In this document: one piece after another, positions 62,750-64,000 of the stretch | How the letters are laid out: the number at the start of each line of letters is the position of its first letter | Numbering within the stretch: the stretch's first letter is position 1 | Source of the DNA: Raillietiella orientalis | Lineage: Eukaryota | DNA length: 64,000 nt | Direction: 5' to 3' | Assembly (NCBI GenBank): GCA_036172245.1 | Contig: JAYWIR010000016.1 | Span: 3,038,001 to 3,102,000 of the forward strand | The notes under the pieces: generated by a model | Database searches by the model: none | What the model was told of the DNA's origin: nothing | Seen by the model: only the letters and a program-made list of their open reading frames with translations | Program-made: the position numbers and the translations under genes

Positions 62750-63750
62750 TAAAATCTCTGTGTTGCTCAAATGAACTTTTATTCATTTTTCCTGACGAAA
62801 CGCCAAACTTCCCACTCTTCCTCAAGGCTCCTTACAAGACACAAGGAAAACCAAAACAAACAAGGGATTACCAACACATCTTAATATGCGAAATTGATAA
62901 CTTTTAACTAGAAATTAGTTTCAAAATCAAATGCATTAGATCAAAAAAGTGTAGAAAAATAACGGATAATTTATTAATTATTTGAAATCAATTAAATGGG
63001 GAACTGATGTCCGGGCAAACAACCGATGGTACTACGCAACAACTGCACATAAAAGATTAAAAAATAGGAAGTAGTAGAAAATTATAGATTCCCAATATGT
63101 TAGCGATTAAAATTCGATATCTCGTTCATAATAATACATAATTTTTTGTTGGAAAATCATTGAAACTAAATGATTATGCCAAGCAAGCTATGAAGGGTGA
63201 TTACCTAATCTTTTACAATACTTTGGAATTTAAAATGTTAAAAATTCCCTACATCTACTACATCTTCATCACTGTATCCAAGAATTTTCGACAACAGATT
63301 TGCATGCTCATACGCTGAATTTTAGGATATTCTCTAAATTCATTATTATCATCCATCAAATTTCAGAGGTGTAAAAGGCCGATTAAACTGAACAGATGCA
63401 AAAATGTATTTCTAACTGGAAAGTGAGAAGGTTGTTTTATTTTGACTTCGGACATTGTTCTGCAGATCATTTGAAAGTGACTTTAAAATAGCAAAAGGGT
63501 TTCCATTATTAGTTAGAAACAAATGTGGATTTTGTTAACTTCTCGTAACTGAAAGCCATACACGTTATCATAGAAGACATTTATTTGAATGCACAAATTT
63601 TTCCTCGCATCAGGATTGAATATACTTTCTTAACTCCTTTTCTTTCGGGACTTCACGCTATCTGCTGAATGTCTTTTCTTCTCCGTAACGTAAACTTTTC
63701 TGAGTTTATGACATTCCATAAAACAAAAGCACAAGCAGTTTTTCATTTTT
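62750..63750 (-). mobile_element. Possible decayed LINE ORF1-end / APE endonuclease remnant
   Basis: NVFYDNVYGF..IHICF*LIMET and VVDVGNF weakly resemble the APE motifs NVxGL, QET and GDFN, in order. Confidence 0.25.
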
Positions 63751-64000
63751 ATGACTCACTTACTTGAGTAAATGAATCTGATTATTTCCACATTCATTTG
63801 AATTTCACGGGAGAAGCTATTTAGTTCTTAATCTCATCAGTCAGGTTTTCGATATCCGAAAAGTTTGCACTTGGAAATAATTAGTTGCCTACTAAATACG
63901 AATTTCTTAATACCATATTTTTTTTTCTAACCACTTCATGGTTTCTTACTTAGAAATGCATAGTTTTTCCTAACACTGCATTTTCGATGCTACATTTATT

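Overview
This is eukaryotic animal DNA, probably ecdysozoan or arthropod-like (inferred from the GATCAAAG variant of U2 and the gene content; the taxon cannot be fixed from sequence alone). I could splice six intron-containing genes by hand: EMC4 (-), ENOX (-), an LRIG/lambik-like LRR-Ig receptor (-), a ZSWIM4/5/6-type gene (-, 20.6 kb), RRP9/U3-55K (+) and condensin II CAP-D3 (-). Most introns are only 39-55 nt, but two ZSWIM introns reach 6.8 and 8.4 kb and are CpG- and microsatellite-rich. Mobile DNA includes a dead Utopia/NeSL-like non-LTR retroelement at the left edge, with a 37-nt U2 snRNA 5' fragment beside it in the opposite orientation. There is also a ~10 kb nest of decayed Ty3/Gypsy pieces (23-33 kb) with one clear LTR+PBS, and a few faint LINE remnants. 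The best leads are the inverted U2/Utopia junction, a 31-nt hairpin motif shared by two unrelated TE regions, a perfect 24-bp palindrome inside the RT, an H/ACA-like candidate in RRP9 intron 1, and the very tight ZSWIM-RRP9-CAP-D3 packing. I cannot support a claim of a wholly new biological system.
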